Source: Chiloscyllium plagiosum
Taxonomy: Eukaryota
Length of the DNA: 36,810 nt
Assembly (NCBI RefSeq): GCF_004010195.1
Contig: NC_057720.1
Span: 871,504 to 908,313 of the forward strand
Direction: 5' to 3'
Positions within the stretch are counted from its first letter, which is position 1. Every line of letters starts with the position of its first letter. The translations under genes and the position numbers were made by a program. Below are positions 11,725-22,936 of this stretch, piece by piece. The notes below the pieces were generated by a model, which did no database searches, was not told where the DNA came from, and saw only the letters and a list, made by a program, of their open reading frames with translations.

Positions 11725-12315
11725 CCTTTGTTAATCTCATCGGTCTTCTCTATATTAAGATTAAGTTTTAAATTTTCTTTGTTATAAGCACCAATTATTT
11801 CTTATTCAACCCCATCAGAGTATTTCGAGCTGCATTTTCTGATCTTTGCTGTTTCTAATCGCCACCCAAACTTAACCCCATTTGGAGATATTTTGTTTTT
11901 TGTTATTGGTTTTTCTCCAAAACATGACAGCAGAACAAGGTGCAATCACAAGCAATAAACAACTGTTAACAAAACCCCAACCAGACTCCCCACGCATTTA
12001 CCTCTCTGCAATACAAAGATAAAAACAAACAAACAACCCAAATAAATATAAACATGTACAAAGCACAAAACCATAATAAATTAGACCTGCAGTAAGATAA
12101 CTGTACTACCAAAAGAAAAAGATGGAGATTTTTTGAATCTCGACCCTTTTTCCCAATAATTCCAAAGTTCCAGAAAACTGTAACAACTTATAAAACAGTA
12201 ATTTGCACCAAGAATTTGAGGAAATCAGCTCCAACACTGAAAAAACCTCCCAAATCGAGCAGCTCTTACAGACACAATCTTCTCCCATCCTCCATTTTGG
12301 ATTACCCAGAATTCT

Positions 12316-13035
12316 GTATAGTTAGTAAGTTTGCAGATGACACCAAAATTGGAGGTGTGGTGGACAGCGAAGACGGTTACCTCAGATTACAATGGGACCT
12401 TGATCAGATGGGCCAACGGGCTGAGGAGTGGCAGATAGAGTTTAATTTAGATAAATGTGAGGTGCTGCATTTTGGAAACGCAAATCAGGGAAGGACTTAT
12501 ACACTTAATGGTAAGGATCTTTATAGCTTTAAATTAAGGGGGGGTAGATATAGGACTGATGTTAGGGGTAGGTTCTTCACTCAGCGAGTCGTTAGTTCAT
12601 GGAATGCCCTGCCAGTAACTTGGTATGCTTTCCTTTATTGGTCAGAGTATTGAGTACAGGAGTTGGGAGGTCATGTTGTTATGTACAGGACATTGGTTAG
12701 GCCACTGTTGGAATATTGCGTGCAATTCTGTTCTCCTTCCTATCGTAAAGATGTTGTAAAATTTGAAAGGGTTCAGGAAAGATTTACAAGGATGTTACGA
12801 GAGTTAGAGGGTTTCAGGTATACTGAGAGACTGAATAGGCTGGGGCTGTTTTCTCTGGAGCGTCAGAGGCTGAGGGGTGACCTTATAGAGGTTTATAAAA
12901 TCATGAGAGACATGGATAGGATAAATAGACAAATCTTTTCCCTGGGTTGGGGGAGTCCAAAACTCTCCAAACTAGTTTGTGTCTCTAAACTAGTACAAAT
13001 ATGATGGGTTGAATGGCCTCAGTCTGCACAGTAGG
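12316..13035 (+). mobile_element. CR1 RT/3' fragment with an internal foreign segment at about 12517-12618
   Basis: KFADDTKIGGVVDSE and LVRPLLEYCVQF motifs; internal YSFKLRGGRYRTDVRGRFFTQRVV segment is out of order. Confidence 0.9.
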
Positions 13036-13658
13036 ATTGTCTGAACAGCTGCAGCATTCCTGATTAAATCCATCTTCCCAGAAGGTCTGCTTTCCCAGTT
13101 TATTCCAGCTGTCCTACAGTAATCCCACCCTGGGGCCTATGGGGGAATCATTCCGTGATCCTCAGACTGATCCTCAGATCCTCAGAATCACCGATCTGTG
13201 TGTCCAATCCACAGCCTGATCATACGAGCCATCAATGTGAAATAAAGAAGATGGGAATCTATTTCTCAATTAACTCAGGGAACGTTACTGTCTGCTCAGC
13301 ATGTGGGAGAATGAAGCTTCATTGAAAGATTAAAAACTGAAATCCAATTCTCCCTGAATCACAAATCAATAGGGAAAGAGAATGAGCTCAGAGCTGAGCT
13401 GAATGAGTTTCTCAACAGAAATAAGGATCTGACTGATCAACAGCCTCATGATTTTCCATCCAGGAACACAACCATTCCCCGTGGAACACATTCCCCACTC
13501 CTGATGATTGAGAAATGCTGGATTTATTCGATAGCCAGGCTGGGGACTTGAAGCTGATTGGTCAGTTGTCAGGTGAGTTCCTGATACTGTCCACTTGCTG
13601 GAACAGCCAGTGATCTGGGATCCAGTCTGAGGATCACGGAATGATTCCCCCATAGGCC

Positions 13659-14325
13659 NNNNNNNNNNNNNNNNNNNNNNNNNNNNNNNNNNNNNNNNNN
13701 NNNNNNNNNNNNNNNNNNNNNNNNNNNNNNNNNNNNNNNNNNNNNNNNNNNNNNNNNNNNNNNNNNNNNNNNNNNNNNNNNNNNNNNNNNNNNNNNNNNN
13801 NNNNNNNNNNNNNNNNNNNNNNNNNNNNNNNNNNNNNNNNNNNNNNNNNNNNNNNNNNNNNNNNNNNNNNNNNNNNNNNNNNNNNNNNNNNNNNNNNNNN
13901 NNNNNNNNNNNNNNNNNNNNNNNNNNNNNNNNNNNNNNNNNNNNNNNNNNNNNNNNNNNNNNNNNNNNNNNNNNNNNNNNNNNNNNNNNNNNNNNNNNNN
14001 NNNNNNNNNNNNNNNNNNNNNNNNNNNNNNNNNNNNNNNNNNNNNNNNNNNNNNNNNNNNNNNNNNNNNNNNNNNNNNNNNNNNNNNNNNNNNNNNNNNN
14101 NNNNNNNNNNNNNNNNNNNNNNNNNNNNNNNNNNNNNNNNNNNNNNNNNNNNNNNNNNNNNNNNNNNNNNNNNNNNNNNNNNNNNNNNNNNNNNNNNNNN
14201 NNNNNNNNNNNNNNNNNNNNNNNNNNNNNNNNNNNNNNNNNNNNNNNNNNNNNNNNNNNNNNNNNNNNNNNNNNNNNNNNNNNNNNNNNNNNNNNNNNNN
14301 NNNNNNNNNNNNNNNNNNNNNNNNA
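13659..14325. other. Assembly gap
   Basis: Run of N. Confidence 1.
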
Positions 14326-14490
14326 AACATTTAAATCCCGGCACCTGCAACAGCCAATCCTGTCCCTGTTCTAGCCATGTCTCCGTAATAGCCACAACAT
14401 CGAAGTCCCAGGTACCAACCCACGCTGCAAGTTCACCTACCTTATTTCGTATACTTCTTGCATTGAAGTATACACACTTCAAGCCTAATA
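14326..14490 (-). mobile_element. CR1 ORF2 N-terminal apurinic-like endonuclease fragment
   Basis: LKCVYFNARSIRNKVGELAAWVGTWDFDVVAITETWL. Confidence 0.92.
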
Positions 14491-14509
14491 CCGTCATAAC
14501 TGACATTCC

Positions 14510-15425
14510 TCCAATTGAGAACTTTTAGATCTGGTCTACCCTGTTCCATCTGTATTTTAAAACTAATATAATTATGGTCGCTGGCCCCAAGTGCTCCCCC
14601 ATTGACACCTCAGTCACCTGCTTTGCCTTATTTCCCAAGTGTAGGTCAAGTTTTGCACCTTTTCTAATAGGTACATCCATATATTGAATCAGAAAATTGT
14701 CTTGTGTACACTAAACAAATTCCTCTCCATCTAAACCTTTAACACTATGGCAGTCCCAGTCTATGTTTGGAAAGTTAAAATCCCCTACCAGAGTGGGAAG
14801 GGTGTGGAATGCCCTGCCTGCCAATGTAGTCAACTCAGCCACATTAGAGACATTTAAACAATCCTTAGATAAGCATATGGATGATGATGATGAGATAGTG
14901 TAGGGGGAACGAGCTGAGAATAGTTCACAGGTCAGTGCAACATTGAGGGCTGAAGGGCCTATTCTGCGCTGTATAGTTCTATGTTCTATAACCACCCTAT
15001 TATTCTTACAGATAACTAAGATCTCCTTACAAATGTGTTTCTCAATTTCCCTCTGACTATTGGGGGGGGTCTATAACACAATCCCAATAAGGTGATCATC
15101 CCTTTATTATTTCTCAGTTCCACCCAAATAACTTCCCTGGATGTATTTTCGGGAATATCCTCCCTCAGCACAGCTGTAATGCTATCCCTTATCAAAAATG
15201 CCACTCCACCTCCTCTCTTGCCTCTATTTCTATCCTTCCTGTAGCATTTGTATTCTGGAACATTAAGCTGCCAGTCCTGCCCATCCCTGATCCATGGTTC
15301 TGTAATTGCTATGATATCGCAGTCCCATGTTCCTAACCATGCCCTGAGTTCATCTGCCTTGCAGTTTAATTTATCAGTCCTGCTTTGACCCTGCCTGCCC
15401 TGACCGTTTGACTCGCTCCTTTTCC
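14510..15425 (-). mobile_element. Second CR1 endonuclease fragment, interrupted by a plus-strand CR1 3' end at about 14790-14988
   Basis: DIIAITE, YRPP and VGDFNFPNIDW motifs; repeats the region encoded at 14326-14490, so it is a separate copy. Confidence 0.88.
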
Positions 15426-16059
15426 CCCTGCATCAGTCTCAGATTGATCTCTTTTCTCACTATTTCCTTTATAAAACAGTAATTGCTGTTCCTGGAATTC
15501 AAGGTAATCACCTCCAACGCCTAAACTAACTCAAAAAATGAGCGGCTCTTACAGCCACAAGGTATTCCTATCCTCCATCTTGAATTCTTGACCAAAGGAG
15601 TCAAAGCATATTGGAGCAGGTGGGAAAATGGAGCTAAGACCACAACCAGATCAGTCACAACCATATGGAATGGCAAACTCACTGGACTGGACAGTCCAGT
15701 GAGTGTTACCATATTTGTGTTACCCCATCATCCCCAATGGTTACAGACATGGACACTGCAGTAAAGAAACTGAAGATTTCTGATTAGGCTGCACAATATT
15801 AGGATACAGGAACTGGTTAACTAATCTTCTATTATGTATTGCCTTCTAACAACCTGTTCCAAATGATCCTAACAGAGTGTTCATCAAGAATGACTACTTC
15901 TGCCCATCCATCACAAACACAGAGATTGAGTACAAAAGCAGAGAAATGATATAGGTATTTATAAAACCCGCATTAGGCCCCAAATACAGTGTAGCATCTA
16001 GAACTGATCAGCACATTCGGAAGGATGCAAGGATGCCCAAGGGGGTTTTTAGTTCTAAT

Positions 16060-16850
16060 ATTTGTTCAGGGATGTACCAGTGATCAACATTCATTGTCTA
16101 ACCCCAAGTATCCTGGTGGTGATGAGCTGCTGCAGTCCATTTGGTGTAAGTGTTCCCACAATACTGCTAGGGTTTGACAACCTGAACTTTGATGCAGCGA
16201 CACTGAGGGAACAGTGATATATTTCCAATCAGGACACTGAGTGGCTTAGAGGGGAACTTGCAGGGGATGGTGTTCGCATGTATTTATTGCCCTTGTCCTT
16301 CGACATGGAAGTGGCTGGGGGTTTGGATGGTACAGTCTCAGGAGCCACGATGAATTTCTGCAGTGCATCTTGTAGACTGCACACACTGCTGCTGCTAAGC
16401 GTCGGAGGTGAATATTGAAGGTGGTAGCTTGGGTGCCAAACAGGCTGCTTTGACCTGCTTGGTGTTGATCTCCTTGTTGATGGATTTGCATCTATCCAGG
16501 CAAGTGGGGAATATTCCCTCACACTCCAAATTTGTGCTTTATGGACAGGGAACAGTCTTTGAAGACTCAGATGATGGAGATTTTGACTACAGAATCCCAA
16601 CCTCTGACCTGCTCTGGTAGCCACAGTATTTATATGGTGAGTCCAGTTCAGTTTCTGGTCAATGGTAACCCCCACCAGGATGCGGATAGTGGGGGATTCA
16701 TGCCACTGAAAGCTAACTGATGATGGTTAGAGTCTTTCTTGCTGTGGATGATGATTGTCTGGGCACTTGAGAAGCGTGAATGTTATTTTCATCTTCACAG
16801 CAGAGACCTGGATGTTGTTCAGGTCTTGCAGCATTTGGACATGGATTGCA
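16060..16850 (-). mobile_element. CR1/L2-group LINE RT C-terminal fragment
   Basis: GVTIDQKLNWTHHINTVATRAGQRLG...KAQIWSVREYSPLAW. Confidence 0.8.
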
Positions 16851-17744
16851 GGAGTAAAACAGGATGCTGACCATTGATTGCACAGAGGAGAGATTTTCCA
16901 GAATGGTTCCAGGAACGGGGGGAATTTTTAAGTTGGAGAAGCTGGGAATTTTCTTCTTGGAGTAAGGAGGTTGAGGGAAGACTTGATAAGAATGTGAAAA
17001 GTTTAATTGTGAATAACAACTTTTTATATATTGAGTGGGAATAAAGTAGAACTTGCTTTCCACTAGAGAATGATGGAAGTAGAGACAATGAACACTTTCA
17101 AAAGAAAATGGGACAAATGTTTGAAGAAGATGGAGTTGCAGGGTGATGAGGATTGAACGGGGGAATGTGACTGACTCTAGACAGAACTGGCAGAAATTTG
17201 ATGGGCCGAAGGACATTCTTCTCGTTACAAATAATTTTGAAACATCACGCTTTTGAGTGAAAGGCATTTTGCCCCAGGGTCAGGGACATCTACAGTGCCT
17301 ACCAGTGGGATTTGAGAAGCATCTGATAGAGGAGTATAGAGAACAGAGTTTAGTCATTTACAGCAGAGATTGAACTATGCCACACAGACACAGCATCTTC
17401 TTGGTTTCAATATCATTCTGGCTCTTCAAATAACATGTGAGAATCAAATTCCTATAAAACACTTTAATGTGTACATATAGGCCTCATGCGGCTACTCTTT
17501 TGAGGATGTGACAGGCTTATTTACTTCAAAGATACTTCACTTAAACAAGGCTTTCCAGCCGGTGTGTTCCTGAGTCCACTGAAATGTGGGGATTAAAAAC
17601 TCATCTTTCTGAAAAACTCACCCTTGCTGCTGAGCCACTCAAATTGTACTGTTGTACTGGGGCACTTAGTTACTTTCCTCTTTATCCTAGGAACCTTATT
17701 TTACTTGAATCTACAAGACAGCTCATTTTGGAAGTTTTTGTAAC

Positions 17745-18190
17745 ATTTACAAGAGTGATTTCTGAGATGAGGAACATCAGTTACGAAGATAGATTGGTTA
17801 AGTCAGGGCTCTTTTCTTTGGAGAGAGAGATCTGATAACAAAATTCAAAACCTGGAGGAATGTGGACAGAGTAGATAGGGAGAAACATTTCCAACTCCTG
17901 AAAGGATTGTGATCGAAGGACAAGATTTAAAGCAATGGGCAAAAGTAGCAAAACTGATAGGAAGGAAATCTTTTTCATGCAGAGAGAGGTTAGGGTCTGG
18001 AACGCACTGCCTGAGTGCGTGGTAGCAAATCTAATCAAAGCGTTCAAAAGGGTTCGCTACCTGAAAGAGGAGAACGGACATGGTCACAGAAAGAAAATTC
18101 GAAGAAGGCACCAAGCAAGTTGTTGAGAGTCAGTACTAATATGACGGGCAGAGTGGCCTCCTACTGCATCCAAACAATTCTGTGAACTCC
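17745..18190 (+). mobile_element. Degenerate CR1 3' portion
   Basis: SYEDRLVKSGLFSLE and FFMQREVRVWNALPE remnants. Confidence 0.75.
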
Positions 18191-18302
18191 TGAGATCAAA
18201 CAGCCAATGGCTGAGATGCTGAAGCTGGCTTTCAATGTGGAACAGGGCTGGAATGAGATTATACAGGCAGCCCTGATTACAATCAATGGGTTACTCCAGA
18301 AT

Positions 18303-18500
18303 CAAGAGAAAGTGAGGACTGCAGCTCAGAATCAAAAAGGTGTGGCGCTGGAAAAGCACAGAAGGGCAGGCAGCATCCGAGGAGCAGGAGAATCGATGGT
18401 GCAGGTATAAGCCCTCTTATCCCCGAAATGTTGATTCTCCTGCTCCTTGGATGCTGCCTGAACTGCTATGCCCCTTTTCCAGTGCCACACTTTTCGACTC
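18303..18500. mobile_element. Inverted pair of family A PLE repeats (older)
   Basis: Fold-back arms; 11-bp TSD tactccagaat at 18292-18302 and 18501-18511. Confidence 0.8.
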
Positions 18501-18802
18501 TACTCCAGAATTAAACCTTCTTGTATAACCTCATCATTACAGCCTGCAGTGGAGAGTGGGGAGATCTAAGAAGACGTTCTGCAACTAAAGGAGTGTTAAA
18601 CATTAATGACAGCCAGACCAGATAAGAGGTGCCTTGGGAAGCATTGTCGGCACTGTGTATGCATACTTGGACATTACTGGGCTTTATTGGTGAATGTTGT
18701 TCCAATATGTGCAGTGAGCACTGTCAACAGACTGCCTGGTATAAGTCAGCAAGTGCAGAATGGAACCCAGTGACAAATTCTGCTGGAAATTGAAGCTCAT
18801 TA

Positions 18803-19017
18803 CAGGCATTCCTCAAGTTACAAATGGGTTCCGTTCTTGAATACTTTTATAAATCAATTTGTCTGCAAGTTGGAACGCAACACAATACAAAATAACCGTT
18901 CATTGCTCTGAGAAAATGTTCATGTCAGATCTTTAAAATTAATATTACTTGGGGAATCTCTTTTATAACTACAAGCACTTATAAATCGTACAATTGTAAA
19001 TTGGGGACAGCAGCCTG
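18803..19017. mobile_element. Tc1/mariner-Tigger-like MITE
   Basis: TA on both flanks; imperfect TIRs CAGGCATTCCTCAAGTTACAA and TTGTAAATTGGGGACAGCAGCCTG. Confidence 0.6.
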
Positions 19018-19357
19018 TAGATAAAATATCCCTGAACCCATTATAGATATGATTTAGATCCACGTGTGCTAAAAACAGAGCACGCAGGAGTTAAACAATT
19101 ATTATGTGATAGAGAGGCAAGGAGAATTTTTCGCTTTACTGTAAGTGGTTGCGATCTGGAAAGCACTGCCTGCAAGGGTGCTGGAAACAGATTTAATAAC
19201 ATTTGAGAAGGGAATTGAAGAAATTTAGAAAAGGAGAAAGATTGCAGGGCTCTGGGGAAAGGGGGGGGAAATGGGACATAATGGAATACAATGGGCTGAA
19301 TGGTCCCCTTCTGTGCTTCAAGTTCCACATCCCAGACCTATCTTCTAAGGTTCTTAC

Positions 19358-19483
19358 CTCTGGGTAGGTGCTTTTGGCACGTTAATCAGGTCCTTTAGTC
19401 TAGGTCGTTTTCGGACTGAGGCTCGCTTTCTCTTCTGTCTCTGTTTTGGTGGAAGTGAGGCCAATTCCATCAATCGCACCATC
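19358..19483 (-). CDS. RNPC3: RNPC3 exon 8 (126 nt), MVRLMELASLPPKQRQKRKRASVRKRPRLKDLINVPKAPTQ
   Basis: Acceptor ttttctttccag and donor gtaaga; basic segment matching RNPC3 LMELA...KD; phase 2-2. Confidence 0.93.
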
Positions 19484-19797
19484 CTGGAAAGAAAAAGGAA
19501 ATGTTTTAGCATTGAACAGATTTCCAGGGATGGAGGATTATTTACTTGGCCAAACTGGAGAAGCTGAGATATACTTGCTCCTTTTTCAATAAAAATGTCA
19601 ATATTGTTTAAAATCCAGGGCTTCCTTGGACTTGCTGCCCTTACCCTTCACTCTGAGAGAAACACACTGGGCCTGAATTCTGAAGTAAACACCGTAACTA
19701 CCCCATGGAAATAAAATACTGGAAATACTAATGGGGCAAAAGGCTGATAAGTCCTTTGGGTGTTGCCGGATGCATCCTAGGATTTCAAAGGAATTAG

Positions 19798-20967
19798 CTG
19801 GAAATGTGTTGCTGGAAAAGTGCAGCAGGTCAGGCAGCATCCAGGGAACAGGAGAATCGACGTTTCGNNNNNNNNNNNNNNNNNNNNNNNNNNNNNNNNN
19901 NNNNNNNNNNNNNNNNNNNNNNNNNNNNNNNNNNNNNNNNNNNNNNNNNNNNNNNNNNNNNNNNNNNNNNNNNNNNNNNNNNNNNNNNNNNNNNNNNNNN
20001 NNNNNNNNNNNNNNNNNNNNNNNNNNNNNNNNNNNNNNNNNNNNNNNNNNNNNNNNNNNNNNNNNNNNNNNNNNNNNNNNNNNNNNNNNNNNNNNNNNNN
20101 NNNNNNNNNNNNNNNNNNNNNNNNNNNNNNNNNNNNNNNNNNNNNNNNNNNNNNNNNNNNNNNNNNNNNNNNNNNNNNNNNNNNNNNNNNNNNNNNNNNN
20201 NNNNNNNNNNNNNNNGGAAGTGTTGCACCTCCTGCGGTTGCAAGGGAAGGTGCCGGGAGTGGTGGTTGGGTCGGTGGGGGGTGTGGATCTGACAAGGGAG
20301 TCGCGGAGGTAGTGGTCTCTACGGAAAGCTGATAGGGGAGGGGAGGGAAATATATCCTTGGTGCTGGGGTCTGTTTGGAGGTGGCGGAAGTGACGGCGGA
20401 TGATGCGCTGTACATGGAGATTGGTGGGGTGGTAGGTGAGGACCAGTGGGGTTTTGTCCTGGTGGCGGTTGGAGGGGCGGGGCTCAAGGGCGGAGGAGCG
20501 GGAAGTGGAAGAGATGCGGTGGGGGGCATCGTCGACCACGTCGGGGGGGACATTGCGGTCCTTGAAGAAGGAGGCCATCTGGGATGTGTGTTTTTGGAAC
20601 TGGTCCTCCTGGGAGCAGATGCGGCGGAGTCGAAGGAATTGGGAGAATGGGATGGCGTTTTTACAGGGGGCAGGATGGGAGGAGGTGTAGTCCAGGTAGC
20701 TGTGGGAGTCGGTCGGTTTGTAGTAGTTTCTCTTCCACTTCCCTCACCTTGACCTCTTTCCACCTATCACATTTCCGACGCCCCTCCCCCAAGTCCCTCC
20801 TCCCTACCTTTTATCTTAGCCTGCTGGACAAACTTTCCTCATTCCTGAAGAAGGGCTTATGCCCGAAACGTCGATTCTCCTTTTCCCTGGATGCTGCCTG
20901 ACCTGCTGCGCTTTTCCAGCAACACATTTCCAGCTCTGATCTCCAGCATCTGCAGACCTCACTTTCT
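19798..20967 (-). mobile_element. 5'-truncated Penelope-like retroelement with inverted terminal segment
   Basis: Stop-free frame 20216-20722: YKPTDSHSYLDYTSSHP...IPFSQFLRLRRICS...PLVLTYHP...PCNRRRCNT (PLE RT C-terminus and Cys linker); family A repeats at both ends in opposite orientation; 15-bp TSD tttcaaaggaattag at 19783-19797 and 20968-20982. Confidence 0.9.
19868..20215. other. Assembly gap inside the Penelope-like element
   Basis: Run of N. Confidence 1.
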
Positions 20968-20983
20968 TTTCAAAGGAATTAGT

Positions 20984-21232
20984 CAAAGTTAAATATCACA
21001 CAACACCAGGTTATAGTCCAACAGGTTTATTTGGAAGCACTAGCTTTCGGAGCGACGCTCCTTCATCAGGTGGTTGTGGAGCAGGATCATAGGACACAGA
21101 ATTTATAAATCCACTTGATGAAGGAGCGTCGCTCCGAAAGCTAGTGCTTCCAATTAAACCTGTTGGACTATAACCGGGTGTTGTGTGATTTTTAACTTTG
21201 TACACCCCAGTCCAACACCGACATCTCCAAAT
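20984..21232. mobile_element. Inverted pair of family B PLE-type repeats
   Basis: Arms at about 20984-21073 and 21111-21200 are reverse complements; each contains a hammerhead-like core. Confidence 0.8.
21038..21072 (-). ncRNA. Minimal hammerhead ribozyme motif, family B
   Basis: CAC-CUGAUGA-A-GGAGC(GUC)GCUCC-GAAA-GCUA-GUG; palindromic AGCU at stem III. Confidence 0.7.
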
Positions 21233-21808
21233 CAAAAGAAGTAGTGACAGAGATTGTGCATGCGCTGGTCGCCATTTTCCAACAATTCTTAGAATCAGAT
21301 AAAGTCCCAATGCCTTCAGCTGCTTAGGCCCAAACTTCCTAAACCCTTCTGTCTTTCTCTCCTCCTTTAAAGGCACTGCTTAAAAGTTCCCTCTTTAACC
21401 AAGTTTCTGTCCTAATATCTCCTTTAATGAATCCATGCCAAATTCTGTTTGCGATTGTTCCTGCAAAACATCATGGGTTGGAGAGAAACCATTTCCCTGG
21501 TGAGAGAGTCTGGAACAAGGAGCATCACTTTAAAATCCAAGTCACAGTTCAAGCCAGAAACATTTCTTCACACAAAGGAGGGAAATCTGGACATCGTTCC
21601 CCAAAAAATTGTCTTTGTTAAGGGGGGGTGACATTTAATAAATTCAGTGCTGGACTTTTGCAGTAGTTTGCAAAGTTGGATACAATTGAGACAACGATCA
21701 GCCACAATCTGACTGAAAGGTAGTACTCGAGTGGCTGAATCGCCTCCTTCCTGCTCTCAGACATAACTCCATTAAAGATGCTGGAGTCAAAGTTATTGTT
21801 GTACTTGC

Positions 21809-21945
21809 CTTTCTTTATCCTCTTCACTTCCACTTTCATATTCGGATTCTTCCTCACTCGAAACATCCATCTCTTCCTCGGGCAGAGGTGGTTCCTCTGG
21901 GGGCAGTGGAGGCATTGGTGGGGGGGCAGGAGCATACTCCTCATA
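21809..21945 (-). CDS. RNPC3: RNPC3 exon 7 (137 nt), Pro-rich/acidic YEEYAPAPPPMPPLPPEEPPLPEEEMDVSSEEESEYESGSEEDKE; GC donor
   Basis: Acceptor tttctgttag; donor AG|gcaagt gives the phase 2 needed by exon 8. Confidence 0.92.
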
Positions 21946-22214
21946 CTAACAGAAACAGGAAAACAAATTCCTCAATTACCCAGGGAAACGGGTCATCATT
22001 CAGCCCATCTAGCCTGCCTGCCACTCGACATGATGATGCCCAAGTCCATTTATTCAGCGTGGTTCATTCAGTAACAAAACCCACCCATTCAGATTGATCA
22101 TGAATATCTGAGATGGAAACTACTGCATTTTGTGCAAGTACTTCATGAGGCAAGAAATATTACATTTCTCTTGCACCTACCACTGCTACAGAAACACACA
22201 AAACACATTAAACT

Positions 22215-22900
22215 CATGGCAAAGTGTACTTACTGCTGTAATATACAATACAGCAGCTAATTTACACACAACAAGCTCCCACTAACAGCAATGGGGCAGG
22301 GATCAGGTAATCTGGTTCAGTAATGTTGAGTGAAGGACAAACATTGGCCAGGTCACTGAAGTCACTCAACTCCAGCATCTGCAATCCTCACTTTCTCCGA
22401 GATCACTGAAGTTAACCAACCTGTCCCATTCATCAAATTACTCATCCTTCCACTTCAGAGGGAAAATGAGACACGGTTTAATATCTCAGCTGAATACTGA
22501 CTCATATAAGAGGCAGAGCCCTTGTGACGCAACCCACCGACAGTGCCCACTTGCTCTGCACCGACCCACCCGACAGTGCAGCACTCCCTCAGTGCTGACC
22601 CACTGACAGTGCCCACTCCCTCAGTGCTGACCCAACGACAGTGCAGCACTCCCTCAGTGCTGACCCACCCAACAGTGCCCACTCTCTCAGTGCTGACCCA
22701 CCAACAGTGCAGCACTCCCTCAGTGCTGACCCACCCGACAGTGCAGCACTCCCTCAGTGCTGACCCACCCGACAGTGCAGCACTCCCTCAGTGCCACCTT
22801 GGTTCCTATCCCCTGACAGTGCGGCACTCCATTGATAATTCGCCTGAACTTTGGCTGAGGATTCTAGAGTGGAGTGGACACGATGCACCTTCCGATTGGG
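22215..22900 (-). mobile_element. Degenerate DeuSINE-like element containing a minisatellite and a 40-nt PLE fragment
   Basis: cagctaatttacacacaacaagctcccactaacagcaatg, acattggccagg and cggtttaatatctca match the Deu-domain order; insert at 22363-22402 has TSD tcactgaagt. Confidence 0.6.
22533..22830. repeat. Minisatellite of about 32-34 bp (cagtgcagcactccctcagtgctgacccacccga), about 8 units
   Basis: Directly visible tandem units. Confidence 0.9.
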
Positions 22901-22936
22901 ATGTATTGGAGGTTACCCCCCCAAACATATCTGTTT

